DNA of 64,000 nucleotides from Macrostomum lignano (Eukaryota): NCBI GenBank assembly GCA_002269645.1, contig NIVC01000859.1, positions 363,561 to 427,560 of the forward strand, read 5' to 3'. Shown piece by piece: positions 11,626 to 26,980 of this stretch (position 1 is its first letter; each line of letters starts with the position of its first letter). The notes under the pieces were generated by a model. It saw only the letters and a program-made list of their open reading frames with translations, ran no database searches and was not told where the DNA came from. The position numbers and the translations under genes were made by a program.

Positions 11626-13502
11626 AATCTAACCACAGTTAATATATTTACTCCTAGCGTGTCACCTGAATTCAAATAAAATAAAAAATTTTCACTGCCA
11701 AAACGAAAGAATTTTAGCGGCTTCTGAGCAGTAGCTTAATGGCATATAAATTTCTTTTTTTATCTTGATCGATCGACATAATGGCAGTAGTAGCAACCAA
11801 AGCAGATATTGCTGCCACACTATCGACTCTAGCATTATCAGGCATCAGATTTACAGCAGCGAATTAACTGAAGAAACTTCTCAATTCACACGGAGCTGCT
11901 GTATGAGCTATTGTAACACTCGAATATCACACCAGCTTCTCTGCATTGGATTACATTTCTGTTTCTATAAGGCTGGCACCTCAGATGTTGCAGAATAAAT
12001 TTAGTGTTTTACTCCGATATACTACTTGCATAGCAGAAGACACAAAAGCGTGTGTAGGTGACATCTCAGCTATGTATACTATCTATTATTTACACACTTT
12101 AAAATGTATAGTATCTGTATCATTTACTTTGTTCTCTTACAAATTAGGGGGGTGGGAATAGGAATTGCAGCACTCGATCAATAGAATGATGAAGCTGGTT
12201 ATTAATTTCACAGCAGTCAGTATGCAGGCCAAATACAGGTATAATAATTAACAGTATAATTCCAAGCCATTTTTTTGGCTGTCAAAGTACCATGGATTCA
12301 AAGGCATTTTTTGCTTCTGCAGTACGCAAGAAGGCAGATACACGAATTTCAAGGACACATGGGCTTGTTTGCTTTTTGCACCTGGCGCCATTTCAATCAA
12401 GAACCAAGTAGCTAGACACTCCAGACAGTCGAGATATTCAACAGTTGAAATTGATGGTTGAACTTTTCTCACAAGTGATATCATGCGAGAAATTCGAAAC
12501 AGGGTGTCAATAGTCACCTGGTGTCATCGAAGGCCCAGATCCTTTTGAATTCATAGCAGATGCATGCACTTGTGGCTGAAATGCTGATAAAATTTTGAGA
12601 CGTTTTGAGTGATAGTGCTTACTTAAATACACTTGTATCGAAACAAGTCTAAATATTCCCTCTCCTTTGAAGTTCTACTGTTAAAGCACCGAGTAATAAA
12701 CACACCTCGCCTTGCAAACATATTGTATTGGTACAACGTAAACACGTTAAAATCTGGTCAGACAGCGTTGTTCAACCAAGTTTAAGCGTGGTCTAAACCT
12801 GTTGGTAAGCAGAGTTAACTTTGCAAAGCTCACAAGCTACTATGTGAGTAGATTGTAAATGAATTGTTCGATAAAATTATAAAATTTACTGTACCGGTAG
12901 ATGAGCCTCATTGCGAGAAGGCTTCGAGAACTACGATTCATCTGACGAGGTTGTCATAGTGATAGTCATTGAAGTCTAGACTACATATGCCTGCGAGAAG
13001 TCTGCCCGCAGAAGTGTCCTGCACTGAGAGTAGGACCTTGAGAATAGGAATTAGGCCAATTAGGGAGGACTTCTCTCCACCTATAGTCGCGAATCTTATC
13101 ATTCAGTCGATCATCTGCAGCCAGATTTATTAATTAGGAGTTACTTTAAGAGTTTACTATAAATCTGAATTGCTGTTTAATTTATATAGTCAAGGTATAT
13201 CACTATATTAGAAGATAACTTTATCAGAATCGAATAATAATCATCACTAAATTTAAATCTCATCTGGAATTGTCTTATTAGCGTTATTAATTTACTTGTA
13301 CTGCATTTGCGGTTATTGGAAAAGTGTGATAGGACTCGCCGACCGGTGAATTTAATCCTCCGAATCGCTCCAGTAGCTTTATCTATGGCCAAAAATATTT
13401 CCTGTGTAGCATTCATCTTTTATTGCACAAAAATTTCTGTTTTTTATTACTTTTTTTAATTTGATAGCAATAAAGATGACCTACTATGTGCTGATAACGG
13501 TG

Positions 13503-15337
<1,835 letters not shown>

Positions 15338-15757
15338 CAGCTTGCAACGAGTTTGTGGATGTTCTGGAGTTGAAGTTGGTACCATGTTAGACGAGAGACA
15401 TTACGGGGGATTTACGCTAGCCTATTTTATTCATAAATAATTTCATGTAGAGGTGCGCATCTAAGCGCGTGTTTTTTCGCTGTTGGAATTAGTTACTTTC
15501 TGCTGGTGTACGCTCCTCCCGATGAACATGCTTGTGTTGTCTGGATTCCGTGATGCGAAAAGCCTTACTCTGGTTTATTTATCGCCATTTTGTCAGTCTT
15601 ATTTTTAGACATACAGTATTGTGTTCTCTGCAATTTTACAATTGAGATAGGATTTTGAAGGCTATGAGTCGTCCTCTATATACGCTCGTGAAGAGAAATC
15701 TTAGCTCGTATTGAGCTAGCGTTCTACATTCCACGTTTACTCTCAAACACTCGTACA

Positions 15758-18358
15758 ATGGAAGTCTTTGACGTCCTGGCTCAAATTTTAGATATAGGAG
15801 AAGGCATCATCGCGACATCCAAGAATGTGGGCAAAGTCGTGGGGGCCATTGTCGGCGACGTGTCTCAGCTTCGGATGTCGCTGGATAATGAGAAGGCCAA
15901 CATTGATCGGGTGCTGATGTACGAATTCAGCTCGGCTACAAGACAAGTCAGTTATGAGGGCAGCCAGACGCAGAGCATGTTTCGCAACCTGGGCCAACGA
16001 TGGTGTCGAATTTCAGACGAGCTGTCTCGAGCTATTAGCTTGAAGCGACTCGAAACCTGGAAACTGAATGAATTAAAAGAGCGAATCTCTGATGCCCTGA
16101 CATTCAGCAGCTCGTGTGAGCAGAGCTACAATGTATTCAAGGAGCGGCTTAACGAAGCCTTCAACATCGCGCTCAGCCTGTGCGAAAGTCTGCAGTCTGG
16201 CGCACAAAAAGCAAAGGCTGGGGCCAGGAAAGCGAAGATCGGTGGCTACGGATCTGCTGGCGTCATGGGTGCCGGAGCTGCTGCCTGTGCTGTTGGCGCC
16301 ATTTTTACCGGCGGCTTGTCACTGATTGGCACGGCTGTTCTCGGGGCCGGAGCGGCTGCGGCTGCTGTGGCTGCCAAAAGGTGAGATTAATATGTTAGGC
16401 GAGGGTAGGTTAACGTGTAGGTTATAATTAATCCAAATAGTCGAAAACTATTTACTGGAAATAATGCGCTACGGAAACACTTTTTTCAGAAGTACAAAAA
16501 ATAAGTTTTTTTGTAGTAGCGCGAATGTTGAGCATTCGACTGACAAAGAGACTTATCTAGATGCATGCATTATCTGTCGTATAGATTATCTAGATTATGG
16601 ACACGACGCACAAAAAGCTGCAGAACTACAATTATGTACCTTCAGTTCTGAAGGGGATGTGAAGGGGAAGAGTCAAAATGGAGCCTGAAGAGTTGGGTCC
16701 CGGTTTCTTTGCGCTAATCTTTTTATTTGTACCCAAATATATATAGATCCCGTTATGCCGAAAGCCCTACCGATTTAGCATTTGAGGATCTCCATGAGGA
16801 TACATTGGATAAATGGGGATTTCATGTGATTGGAAATTTTTCTGTGTTTTTTTGGGTTTAATATGTTTTCATTTTGTTTTTTTTAGGACCCTCTAGTATG
16901 CAGGCATTTATGAAACATTATACTAAAACTTGACGTTAGTTACATGAGAATGATTCGGAGCAAGCATGTTTCAGAGTTGCTGAAGAATGGTGAACGGTTT
17001 AAGCTGTGTTTTTACGCATACCAGTCTCAAATATCTTGAGGACTTCTTTCAGTGTATTTTTTCGTCAAGAAAGTAGATTAATCCCGAGATTAGGTGATAA
17101 GCATATACGAGTGGATAGACATGGAATGAAGCGTGCGTTCTAAAAAACAGAAATTGCGAAAGCTCAAATTCTTTAAGCTTTTCAAGCAAACTTAAGAGAT
17201 TAAGAGATTATTCAGCAATTATAACGGGTGTCCCAAAAAAAGGTAACACTTTGTGCGCTCACTGTGAGTGAGCAGTTAGGCTTATAGCACAGTAATTTAA
17301 CAGGTCCACAGTAAACATTTGTAAGTTTTCCCACAAACATTTGGTTGCGAAAAATTGCTCCAGAGGCGAGTTATTGAGCACAGAAGTGTACGCTAGCTTT
17401 TCTGCCAAGCTTTGCCATAGACGGAGGCCATAGACAATCTTTTGCGTAAGAAAAATGACAGAGCATGCCTAGACTCTGAGACTGATCTAACGTTAAAATT
17501 TCTTAAATTTCTTAAACGCTAAGATTGTCTATGGCAGCTGTGTATGGCAAAGCTTGGCAGAAAAGCTAGCGTACACTTCTGTGCTCAATAACTCGCCTCT
17601 GGAGCAATTTTTCGCAACCAAATGTTTGTGGGAAAACTTACAAATGTTTACTGTGGACCTGTTAAATTACTGTGCTATAGGCCTAACTGCTCACTCACAG
17701 TGAGCGCACAAAGTATTACCCTTTTTTTGGGACACCCGTTATAATGGGGGGCATAACATAGAAGTATTATCGCTCCTATTCTTCGTACAAACATACAAAG
17801 AGCGTTGTTTATCATGGTCATCTCGTCAGTTAAGCATTTGAAGCTCCAAATGAAGGGATTGGCGTAGAGAAACAAAGTTCACATCCCGTTTTTAAACTTT
17901 CTGATATTTAAAAAGCTTTTTAGAATCGCTTTAGTCCAACCAAAGTTATGATAAATTTAATAATATAATTTAGTATTTAGGATGATTTCAAAACTTTTCG
18001 TTTAACTTTTGCGCGTAAACTCTCAGATAAATAAATTTGGTTGTTGACTATTTGGTGGACTTTCACAAAACAAAAATTCAGTTTTTAACAAAATTTAAGA
18101 CACGCAGGTCAACTGGAGAATCTCGCCAACGAGTTTCAACAGCGGCTTAGTAATATCAACGAGTCGATTCGCAACATGGAGTACCTTGATGAACAAGTAG
18201 AAGAAGCCCGCCTGCAAGGTCTGAGCGCTTGCATAGACCTAAATGAGCAGATGGAACGGCTGCAGGTGGAAACAAACCGGCGTACGAAAGCGGAAAATAT
18301 AAGGCGCAACATTCGGCAACTGCAGTCGCAGCTGGATTATCTTGACGATTCGGATTAA
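15758..18358 (+). CDS. Two-exon 293-aa helical protein with a central Gly/Ala-rich hydrophobic hairpin (alpha-pore-forming toxin / apolipoprotein L-like topology); exons 15758-16380 and 18100-18358
   Basis: Exon 1 ends AAA AG|GTGAGA (phase 2). Acceptor aatttaag|A at 18099/18100 continues in frame as RHAGQLENLANEFQQRLSNINESIRNMEYLDEQ into ORF 18176-18358. Total 882 nt. Confidence 0.75.
17224..17739. mobile_element. Tc1/mariner-type MITE with about 210-bp TIRs and TA TSD, in the intron of the 15758-18358 gene
   Basis: Left end TA|ACGGGTGTCCCAAAAAAAGG, right end CCTTTTTTTGGGACACCCGT|TA. Arms about 17224-17437 and 17521-17739 are near-perfect reverse complements. Confidence 0.9.
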
Positions 18359-19730
18359 AGACGGCTCATAGACACCTGCAAATTGTTTAAAATTTTGTTC
18401 AAGCCAACAGAAATGACATCCTCTAATTATGAAGCTTGTATACAATCAATCAGCTAATGTTCGTTTATTGAAAAAGATTTATCTTTTATAATTTCGAGTG
18501 GTGTGTCCTCGCGGGTTAGGGTACTGGTTTATGAAGTTATTTTAAGTGGATTTTAACTGGTTTGATGTTTGGTAGGTTGCTGCCACCAGGTTCCTGACTC
18601 TATCTAACCCTAGTACATAGATAATTAAAGAATAAAAGCAGGAAATCGAAGATTTACTCCAAAGATGTAAAACAGAAAAAAAAGTTATTTAAGCATGCAA
18701 TAGGTTCACAATATTTAGCCCTTATTTGGTGCGTACTTAATTAGGTTTTGATTATCTTTTAGTGCACTGCTATGGCATTGACTTCCTTAACAGCTTTATG
18801 CATTCCCTATACTTTATCCCCGGTTTTACCTCTTACTTTTCTTTATGTTAAAATTGCTTTTGACTGGCTTGGAAAAATGGAAGCATGCGGATTTTATTTC
18901 CCTGAGCTTCAACTGCTCGATAATTATAAGAAAGTCCCAAATTCGCGACTTAACCCACCATTAATATTTCCCTGGCTAAAACTACTGACAGTAGTGTAAA
19001 CGAATATTCTAACCCGTTCCTAAAATATGCTCTATTACAATTCTAAATTGCTTAATTTTAATTTTTATAAAAGTCAAAAGTATAAAATCCCATTCGTACT
19101 GCTTGTGACTCTCATATATCGCCTATTGAGCTACGAGCTAGTAAATATACCTGAATGTTGCCCGAATGTATTTGGCCTACAAAGAGACATCACTTACCTA
19201 TTTTAAGCTGCTTTGCTCGTAATTGTTTAATACTTTTATTGCTCATTTTTACCTTTATAGAATGCGGGTATTGTGGGTGCCAGCTAGATGCCTTCACCCT
19301 GTTTTGGGTCTTTCGGTTAAAAGAGATGGACAATAAAATAGTTTTTATCATCTCTATAATCTCTCCACCTGAATTAAAAGTTTATTTTTGTCTCTGTTTC
19401 AGATTGTTTTTTCTGCACCCAGAGATAAAATGCACTGTATATAGGGGACAGCACTTGATAGTTCTGCAGGTAATTGTGAAAAAGAGTTTACAATATATTT
19501 GCCTTCTTAACTTTTTCGGACTGCTGTTGCAAAGGTAAGCCAAGTCGTATTGCGTAAGAAAAGTTAGAGTTCGGTATCGCAGTTTTCAAATTTGTACTAT
19601 TATGAATTCAACAATATAAATAAGGTCGCCCAGTTAAAATTTACGGTAGAAAAATCTGATTTCCATGAAACTTTGGCCTTGTGAGCAGAAATGCGATTGC
19701 AGAGCTACTCAAACTGGTTTTAGTTTTTAG

Positions 19731-19758
19731 ACTAGCCATCTGCGCCCCCTTTTGGGGG
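19731..19758 (-). mobile_element. Helitron-like 3' end
   Basis: Minus strand CCCCC-aaaa-GGGGG cgcagatgg CTAG|T. Confidence 0.45.
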
Positions 19759-20271
19759 AGCAAAAAGGAGAGGAATGATAGACTCAAAATTCCGAAACCA
19801 TTCCCAGCCTTATGCCTGATGAAATTCTATTTAGATCTTGACGCTGCATTTTAAAGCACTCACCCCCTGCAGACAATAAGGTGGCAGTGCTGGGCAAAAG
19901 TAGGGGTTAGGCAATGTTATATGAATAGAAGGTAGAGCCTTGTTTCTTTTTTGTGCTTCTGTACCCTGCCTGTCTGCACGCCGCCAAAAGCTGACAGTGG
20001 GGTGGGCCCTCCACTCCACTGCCCTCCCATGCCGATGGGTGGCGCCACGTTCTTACTTCTTTTCCAGAATTTTCTGCTATCCACCCTCTCAATCTGTGAA
20101 AGTTCTACTGTTTCCTTTTTTGAAAAGTAGCCAGGTCGGCGTGGTTGACGTGTTAGTAGTATGTTTCGCGCATGTTGCTTTGCTTACTTGCATTTAACAT
20201 TTCCCATATATTGCTTACATTTAACTTGCATGCAGACACTCTAGCATTAGAGAACTACTCGGCCGCAACCG

Positions 20272-23200
20272 ATGGAGCCGGACTCTTCTAAAGGAGTCGA
20301 AGTGCCGAATGATGGCGATCCGATGGTATCGTTCGAGCCTCAGCCGACGCCGCCGCCACCGCCATCAACGCAGCCTTCGCCGCCAACACAGCCTCCACTG
20401 CCAACGCTACCAAATGACGACGACTGCAAACGTGAACTACTGCTTCAGCTGACGCAACAGAAGAAATTTGATGACGCAAAGAAGATTATACAAAGTTTAA
20501 AGAACACAGCTGCACCTTTACGTCGAGATCAGCTGCTACGGACAGCTGTTCACTACGCCGCGATGGATCCAAGCGGGTTTGAGCTATTGAAGGATCTCAC
20601 AGAACTGGTTGGCGCAGGCTGCTTGGCAACCCCTGACCGCAATGGAGTGACTCCGTTTCACTTCGCAGCGCAATATCTGCCTGATAATGCCTGGAATACA
20701 TTTATTAACCCGCTTGTAACGGAAAGCCATCTTAAGAAGAGAGATAACGCAGGAAATACTTGCGCACACTATGCAGTCCGCGAACAGCGTGCCAATGATG
20801 GAGTAATACTTTCTATAGTCCATAAGTCGGGGCCGAGATGCCTGGATGTTTCAAATGAGATTAAAGAGACGCCTCTTCAGCTTGCAGTAAAAAACTGCAC
20901 CTCAAAAACAGTTAAAAAGCTGTTGAAAGAGCTCAATCCGAGGTGGCTTCAGGAGGCAGATGACGAAGGCAACACAGTAGCACATTACGCGGCCATGAAC
21001 CCGAGAGGCGCGGTACTTAAAGTTGTAAAAAAAGTGGGCGATCCCGTTCTTTTTTGGTCTAACAATCACAAAGAAACCGTTTTACAAATAGCGCTTCAGT
21101 TCTGCTCGATTCGAAATCGCACTTGCTTCTGAAAAAAGCTGTAGCAAAGGCTGCTAAATTGCCAGGGTCGAAAGAGTCGAAAAAACTCCGGCAGCAGGAT
21201 TCGACTGGAAAGACATGCTTACACAGTACAGCGATGCTTAGCGACAGGCAAGAAATTCTGCTTCAGGCAGTAGAGTTAGGGAAGCCACTCGGACCCGAAT
21301 GTCTAGCCTGGAAGAACCAAGCCGGAAGTTCAGTGCTGCACGTTGCACTTGAGCATGGCCGCCAGTCCGAACCCGCAAGCACAGAAGTCTTAGTCAAATT
21401 GATTTCAAAATCTACAAAAGACGTTCTAGCAAAGGTTGATGCAAACGGTAATACATGTCTTCACATAGCCGCTAAGAGGAGAGACAATCATCGATTGTTA
21501 CGTGAGGCTATCCAGAAGTGCGGAAAAGATTGCATGTTCTGGCCAAACAAAAGAAATCAATTGGTAATGTTCTTTGCTATTGGAGTTGTCTCTTCCAAAG
21601 AACTAGAAGAGGCATTGAAGAATGACATCCCTTCTGACGATTTCGGCAACACTCTGTTGCATTACCTCCTTCAAGGCTACAGCAGCGAGTCAGTCTGTGT
21701 TGGCTTAACCGATTCTGCAATCGAAAAGCAGTCTACAACTGATATTCTTGAGAAGATCGATATCCTTATTGCTTTTGGCGTGGATCCACTTGAGGAGAAT
21801 ATTGCCGCTCAAAACTTTCTACATTGGGCTAAGTTGCCGCAAAATTTGCTTAAGAAGCTTTTAACAGATTTTTCCGAATCTCATGGGCTTAAGGCCCTGT
21901 ACGAAAAGCTAGATTGTGGGTCAAATGGACTCCACTTGGTTCACACGTACTCAAGAAAGTACAATTTGGAAGTTTTATTAGAGCCATTATCGAAACTGTC
22001 GGATTTAAAAGAAAATAGACTTTTGAGCTTGGCTGTTTCCAAGGGCGACAACAAGGGTGCCACCTGTTTTCATTTCGCCTGCGAAGGTGGCCAAACAAGC
22101 AGTTTTCGATTCTTATTGAAAAAAGGTCCAAATATTAGCGTCAGCATCAAGACGCTGACAGATTCCGAACTGTCTTGCATTGACTTTGCCATTGATAGAG
22201 GTCACCTCGAGCCGGTAATGAAAGTCTATACAGAATTTGAAGCTAAGGCACTTCAGAAAAAAGGAATAGGCTCCAAAGCAGCATCAAATGCCGCAAGAAT
22301 TACTCTCTTGCGCCTCGTTGATCCGATTAAGAAGGCCGTCTCGCTGCCGGACCGGGTGGCAGCTCAGAAAGCGCTTGCTTCAATAATCGACCAGCTATCC
22401 GACGATTCAACTGCCTGTCGGAAGGGCAGAAGAGGCCTGCAAATACTAGAAAGGGCGATAACGCTCAACTCAACAAAACTATTTCGCAGCGCTCTAAAGA
22501 TGAACTTTGTTAACGCCACAACGGAGAGACTTTTGCCAGAGTTCTTGCGCTGCCAGCAGCATCGAAATTTAGAGCTAAGCGTGATGAATTGCCTGTGCAT
22601 GGGTGACAAAATTGGAAGGCACGGCTGGGTTGATGCTTTTTCTGAGTTGTCTGTCATTGACATTACATGTTCACACTCTGAGCACTACGATGAGATTTTG
22701 TTGGACTTGGTACTCACTAGGCAATTTGAGCTGATTCCGGCCAGCATTAACCTACTCATCAGGCTGGGCCCCGAGATCGACAAGCTACGCTCGCAGGCAC
22801 GTGGCAAGCACGCTACGCTGCAGGAGTTGTACAGAAAAGTGCAGGAAATCGCTGTCAATTCTCTTGAAGAGTTGTTCGCTAGCGCTACTCAAAAGCGTCA
22901 GCGAGAGCTTCTCTTTGAGTTCCTTCAGGGTCGAATCGAAAGCGCAGAAGGCGTGTCCGGTCCCAAGTTTCCATTTAGAACTCTAAACAAGAAAATAAGG
23001 CATGGCGCCGTAACAGACATGATTGAGGAAGCTGACTGTAACGAGATTTTTGCGACAGACTGCATCTACAGCTTGGTGCAGCAGGAGTGGAAGACTGGAC
23101 GAAGGCCCTGCAGGTGTAGCACATGCTCAGTTTCGAATAGCAAACAAAGTAGTGAAGACTGCTGCTGCAGGTGCACCCGCGAGTTCTATTCACCGCGAGC

Positions 23201-24456
23201 AAAATTCGGGACTTACTGTACCTTTTTCGCCTTTCTAATTATATACTTTACATGGTACACGGTTGACTTCAAAAATAGTTTCGCCCACATTTCAACTGAC
23301 ATTCCTTTGATATTCTATTGGCTATCCTTCGTTTCCAAGAAGTTGTCGACTTCCGCAGACGGAGGAAGCGGCGCAGCTATCTCGTATGCGGCCGCCTCTG
23401 CAGATGGCCCACTTATTTTGAGGACTTACTGAACTTTCTAGAATGGCTCGTAATCGTTTTTTTACTGGTTGGTCTGATTTTGAAATGGATACTGCTTGCT
23501 AATTCGCTACCTTTAACTGCAGCATACCCCTGTCAGATGGTATTTAGCGTCGCTTTCGGTCTGCTAATGTTTCGGGCAGTGCACTTTTTGAGCCTATCAG
23601 CCGTCATTGGTCCTGTAATAACGATGCTATGGAGTCTAGTGTTCAATGACTTGCTGCCATTTCTGGCAATTATCGCCGTCATCATAATCGCTTTCGGAGT
23701 GTTTTTCTTCAACCTACTTTTCTCTGTGACTGGAGTGAACACCCAGTCAACTTACTACAACAGTCCTTGGTACAGCTGGGACGCCACTGTTGCAGCGATA
23801 ACTCTACCATTTAACATACTGTTTACAAACTTTGAGAAGCTAGAATTTGGGAAGACGTTAACGAATATCACGATTGGAAAATCAGCCCACACGCAAGGAA
23901 TCGGAGTGTTTGAGAATCTGATGCTGTTCCTTTTCATGGGGCTGGTGAACATTGTTATGCTGAACCTACTGATCGCGCTCTTCAACCTTCGGGTCAACCG
24001 CATGGCTAATGAAGCTCTGGGGATCTGGCGAAGGACGTACTTCGGCATGCTGAAGGAGTACCAAAACTTGAGTCCGGTTCCGCCACCGCTGTCATTTCTG
24101 TGGTACATATACGATTGCTTTGTGAGAAAATGCTCTTGCAAAAAATGTAAAAACTCTGCGGGAGTGGCTCCGAAGAAGAAGGTTTGTTTTGTTTTTTTAA
24201 TGGCGCGGTGACTCAGTAGGCTAATTGGCAATTGTTTTGTCTCTTTCAGACCGAAAACTGGTGGCGTGACCCTAAAAAGTATCCCGAGGAGTACATGGAT
24301 TTTCTGGAGTTCCAAGCGAACCAATTAAGGCGGTTCCGCGCTTCTCTGCTATCCAATTCCAACTCCAATAGCCGAGATGATCTCATTGATCAATTGAGTC
24401 ATCGATTAAAAGTACTGGAAGAACAGACTCAGGCGGTGCATGAGAAGCTGAAGTAA
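20272..24456 (+). CDS. Ankyrin-repeat TRP cation channel, paralog 1 (about 1370 aa if corrected); exons 20272-24181 and 24250-24456; two apparent 1-nt deletions (about 21106 and 23333)
   Basis: ORFs 20272-21132, 21123-23432, 23318-24211 and 24232-24456 join into a protein colinear with the intact paralog at 44563-49192: about 15 ankyrin repeats, six TM helices, LNLLIALF S6, TRP helix GIWRRTY...PVPPPL, C-terminal coiled coil. 68-nt intron AAG|GTTTGT...tttcag|ACC. May be a pseudogene or carry sequencing errors. Confidence 0.85.
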
Positions 24457-25262
24457 CCAGCTGGTTAAAACAAATATTCCATTACTTTTTCGTTTATGCA
24501 AGGCTCTTTAATGACCAATTATTTTCATTTTATAGCATATTTTGAGGAGAACTTAAGTCTTCAAAGAAAGCTCTTACAGTGTAGGCTTCCAAATAAGAGT
24601 TGCAAAGGTTATAAACAAATCCTGTTTTGAATTGTTGGCACAAGAAAAGCGACACAATGAGCAAGGAAATATTTCAAAGGCATTGCCAGTGGCGTACGCA
24701 GGGGGGGGGGCCGCGGCCCCCCTTCCTCAATCGCCCGCCAAAAAAATTTGATAGTATTGCTATTCAGGTATTCTTGTTAAAGCAAAATCCATTTACTCAG
24801 AAAAACAAAAAATTGCAAGTATTCTAGTATTCTGTTACTCAAGTGTAATTGAGATTGAAATGGAAAATACGTTATTCATTGCAAAAAACTTTGATAATCC
24901 GCTCTTTTGACATCCGGTTTTTTCACTGTTCGAGCCATTGCTATGGTCAGTTTGAAAATATTTATATTTTAACAAATGTAGGGTATAAATTTGAAGAGTA
25001 ATTTTGTGATTGAAATATTTTTATTCGGTTCTGTGGACACTTCAAAGACTTTTTGTTTATGCACAGATTTACGATTTTTATATATTCGAATGTTTATTCT
25101 AGAATTTTAGTATCAACGCTCTATTTATTGTTCGAGCAAATGCTATAAAATTAATAAGAAAAATTCTTTTAACATGCAAATATCTTTAAATTATACTCGT
25201 AGTTTCACCTCTGGACAGTGTCTCATTAAGACAGTGTCTCTAAGAACATTTTATTCTGCGAT

Positions 25263-25530
25263 ATCCCCTGCCACCGATTTCCAGTCACTAATCCCCCTGC
25301 CACCGATTTCCAGTCACTGATTCCCCTGCCACCGATTTCCTGTCACTAATTCCCCTGCCACCGATTTCCTGTCACTAATTCCCCTGCCACCGATTTCCAG
25401 TCACTAATTCCCCTGCCACCGATTTCATGTCACTAATTCCCCTGCCACCGATTTCCTGTCACTAATTCCCCTGCCACCGATTTCCTGTCACTAATTCCCC
25501 TGCCACCGATTTCCTGTCACTAATTCCCCT
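25263..25530. repeat. 29-bp minisatellite (CCCCTGCCACCGATTTCCTGTCACTAATT), about 9 copies
   Basis: Read directly. Confidence 0.92.
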
Positions 25531-25564
25531 GCTAACAATTTCACGTCACAAATTTCATGAGCGC

Positions 25565-25795
25565 TTCTTGTCTGTGGGTGAGCGCCCCTGCCTCTGGGTG
25601 GGGGCGCCCCTGTATCTTGGTGGACGCCCATATCTCTGGGTGAGCGCCCATATCTCTGGGTGGGCGCCCCTATCTCTGGGTGGGCGCCCCTATCTCTGGT
25701 CGGGCGACCCTGTCTCTGAGTGGGCACCCCATTCTTTGGGTGGGCGCCCCTGTATCTTTGTGGGCGCCCCTTTCTCTTGGTGGGCGCCCGTGTCT
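25565..25795. repeat. About 20-bp degenerate repeat with GGGCGCCC cores
   Basis: Read directly (gggtgggcgcccctatctct). Confidence 0.8.
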
Positions 25796-26207
25796 TACAG
25801 GCCGATGGACGCTACGCTAAGAACAAACAAAAATTGAGCTCCTGTCATTTGTCCAACTTGTTGGTCTATTTTAATTTAGTATTTGGAGATGCGCAATCTT
25901 TCTGGCGGCGATTGAACAATGATTGCAATGACATTGGTTGAATTCTGCTATGAGTGACAACATGGGTTATACATGTAACAGGCAAATCTATTCCAATTAC
26001 TAATATTTTACAAGCCTGAAATACTACCTAGTAGGACAAAAGCACATCTATTTAGAAATTAGGCCTATCTTAAACTTGGTTTGTATCGAATTATTTGTTT
26101 TAATTTTTTTATTAAAATAGACAATTTTGTTTTCTTTTTCATCAAATAACCTGTTTCTATTGGTAACTGACTGACTCCCATTATTTTCATCAAGTTAAAC
26201 AACCTAA

Positions 26208-26980
26208 TTAGGCCCTAGCATTGGTAAACTTGCATAACATTTCCAATAGATCGTCAGTAACGAACATTGAAAAGAAACTTCCGACTCCATTCTCAACGTC
26301 GGCGGGAACGTGAACTTCATGATTCAGGCCTTCAACACCGAAAAATTCCACATCAGCGCTTTCTCGTGTATCCGTCTCCTCAGTCACGCCTCGCCACTGC
26401 ATTTCAGCATCATCGCCTTGTTCTTCAGTCACATCTTCATCCATAGATTCCTCCTCTAAAATCTCGTCCTCGGAGCCGTCGTCAGAATCGCTCGAGACCT
26501 CAGCTGGCCCACCACGAAGACCCACAAGAGCCTGACGAATAAACTGCATGGCCATATTCGATACAAAAAGCTCTAATTTAAATAACTTATAATGTAACAG
26601 CGATACAAAGTAAAGCCTATAACTTTACAAACAGGGTATATACACAAATGGAAAGTGTACTAAAATGTTCATACACAAAATAGTATAAAAAGTAACACAG
26701 GAAAAATAAATTTAACCGTAATAAAGAAACACACAAACCAGGCGGTCAATCGGTGGAGCTGTGAATTAAAGAAGATCGAAATCAAACGATTATAAACGCC
26801 GTAAAATAATAAGCCGCTCGTAAAGAAAGAAAGATAGGCAAAGCGAAAAATTCCCGCCTATAGCCGGCACTTAAGGGTGTGCTGCCAAAATTTTTGCGGC
26901 CACAAAATATTCTATGGTACGCTATGCGTACCATCCGTCACTTGCATGAGTGAGACCCAAATGCATCAGTGTGGAAGAGG
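26208..26980 (-). mobile_element. 3'-truncated piggyBac element with N-terminal transposase ORF (26208-26555)
   Basis: Minus-strand end TTAA|CCTCTTCCACACTGATG (TTAA at 26981-26984). ORF has an acidic N-terminus then FFGVEGL...SFFSMFVTDDLLEMLCKFTNARA, matching the F-x-G-x2-G...F-x2-F-x-TD-x-L...TN-x2-A start of piggyBac/PGBD transposases. No right TIR seen. Confidence 0.8.

Larger units (their letters stand above)
24687..25821. mobile_element. Possible degenerate non-autonomous DNA transposon carrying minisatellites
   Basis: Starts CAGTGGCGTACGCAGGGGGG, a hAT-like end; the far end (minus strand CTTAGCGTAGCGTCC, then GGGCGCCC arrays) matches only weakly. No TSD established. Confidence 0.25.

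Noticed and set aside
10772-11675. 284-aa and 144-aa minus-strand ORFs with 11-aa repeats
   Set aside because: Products of the 33-bp repeat plus antisense of the PAN exon.
12248-13416. ORFs 12248-12517 and 13177-13416 as transposase or GIY-YIG remnants
   Set aside because: No motif I could match convincingly.
16464-16688. ORF in the toxin-like gene intron (DYLDYGHDAQKAA) as a candidate middle exon
   Set aside because: Its acceptors are phase 1, while exon 1 ends in phase 2 and joins 18100 directly.
20272-24456. Labelling the channels TRPA1 from ankyrin count
   Set aside because: The post-S6 PVPPP(F/L) TRP box and the pre-S1 region argue against it; no gene symbol assigned.
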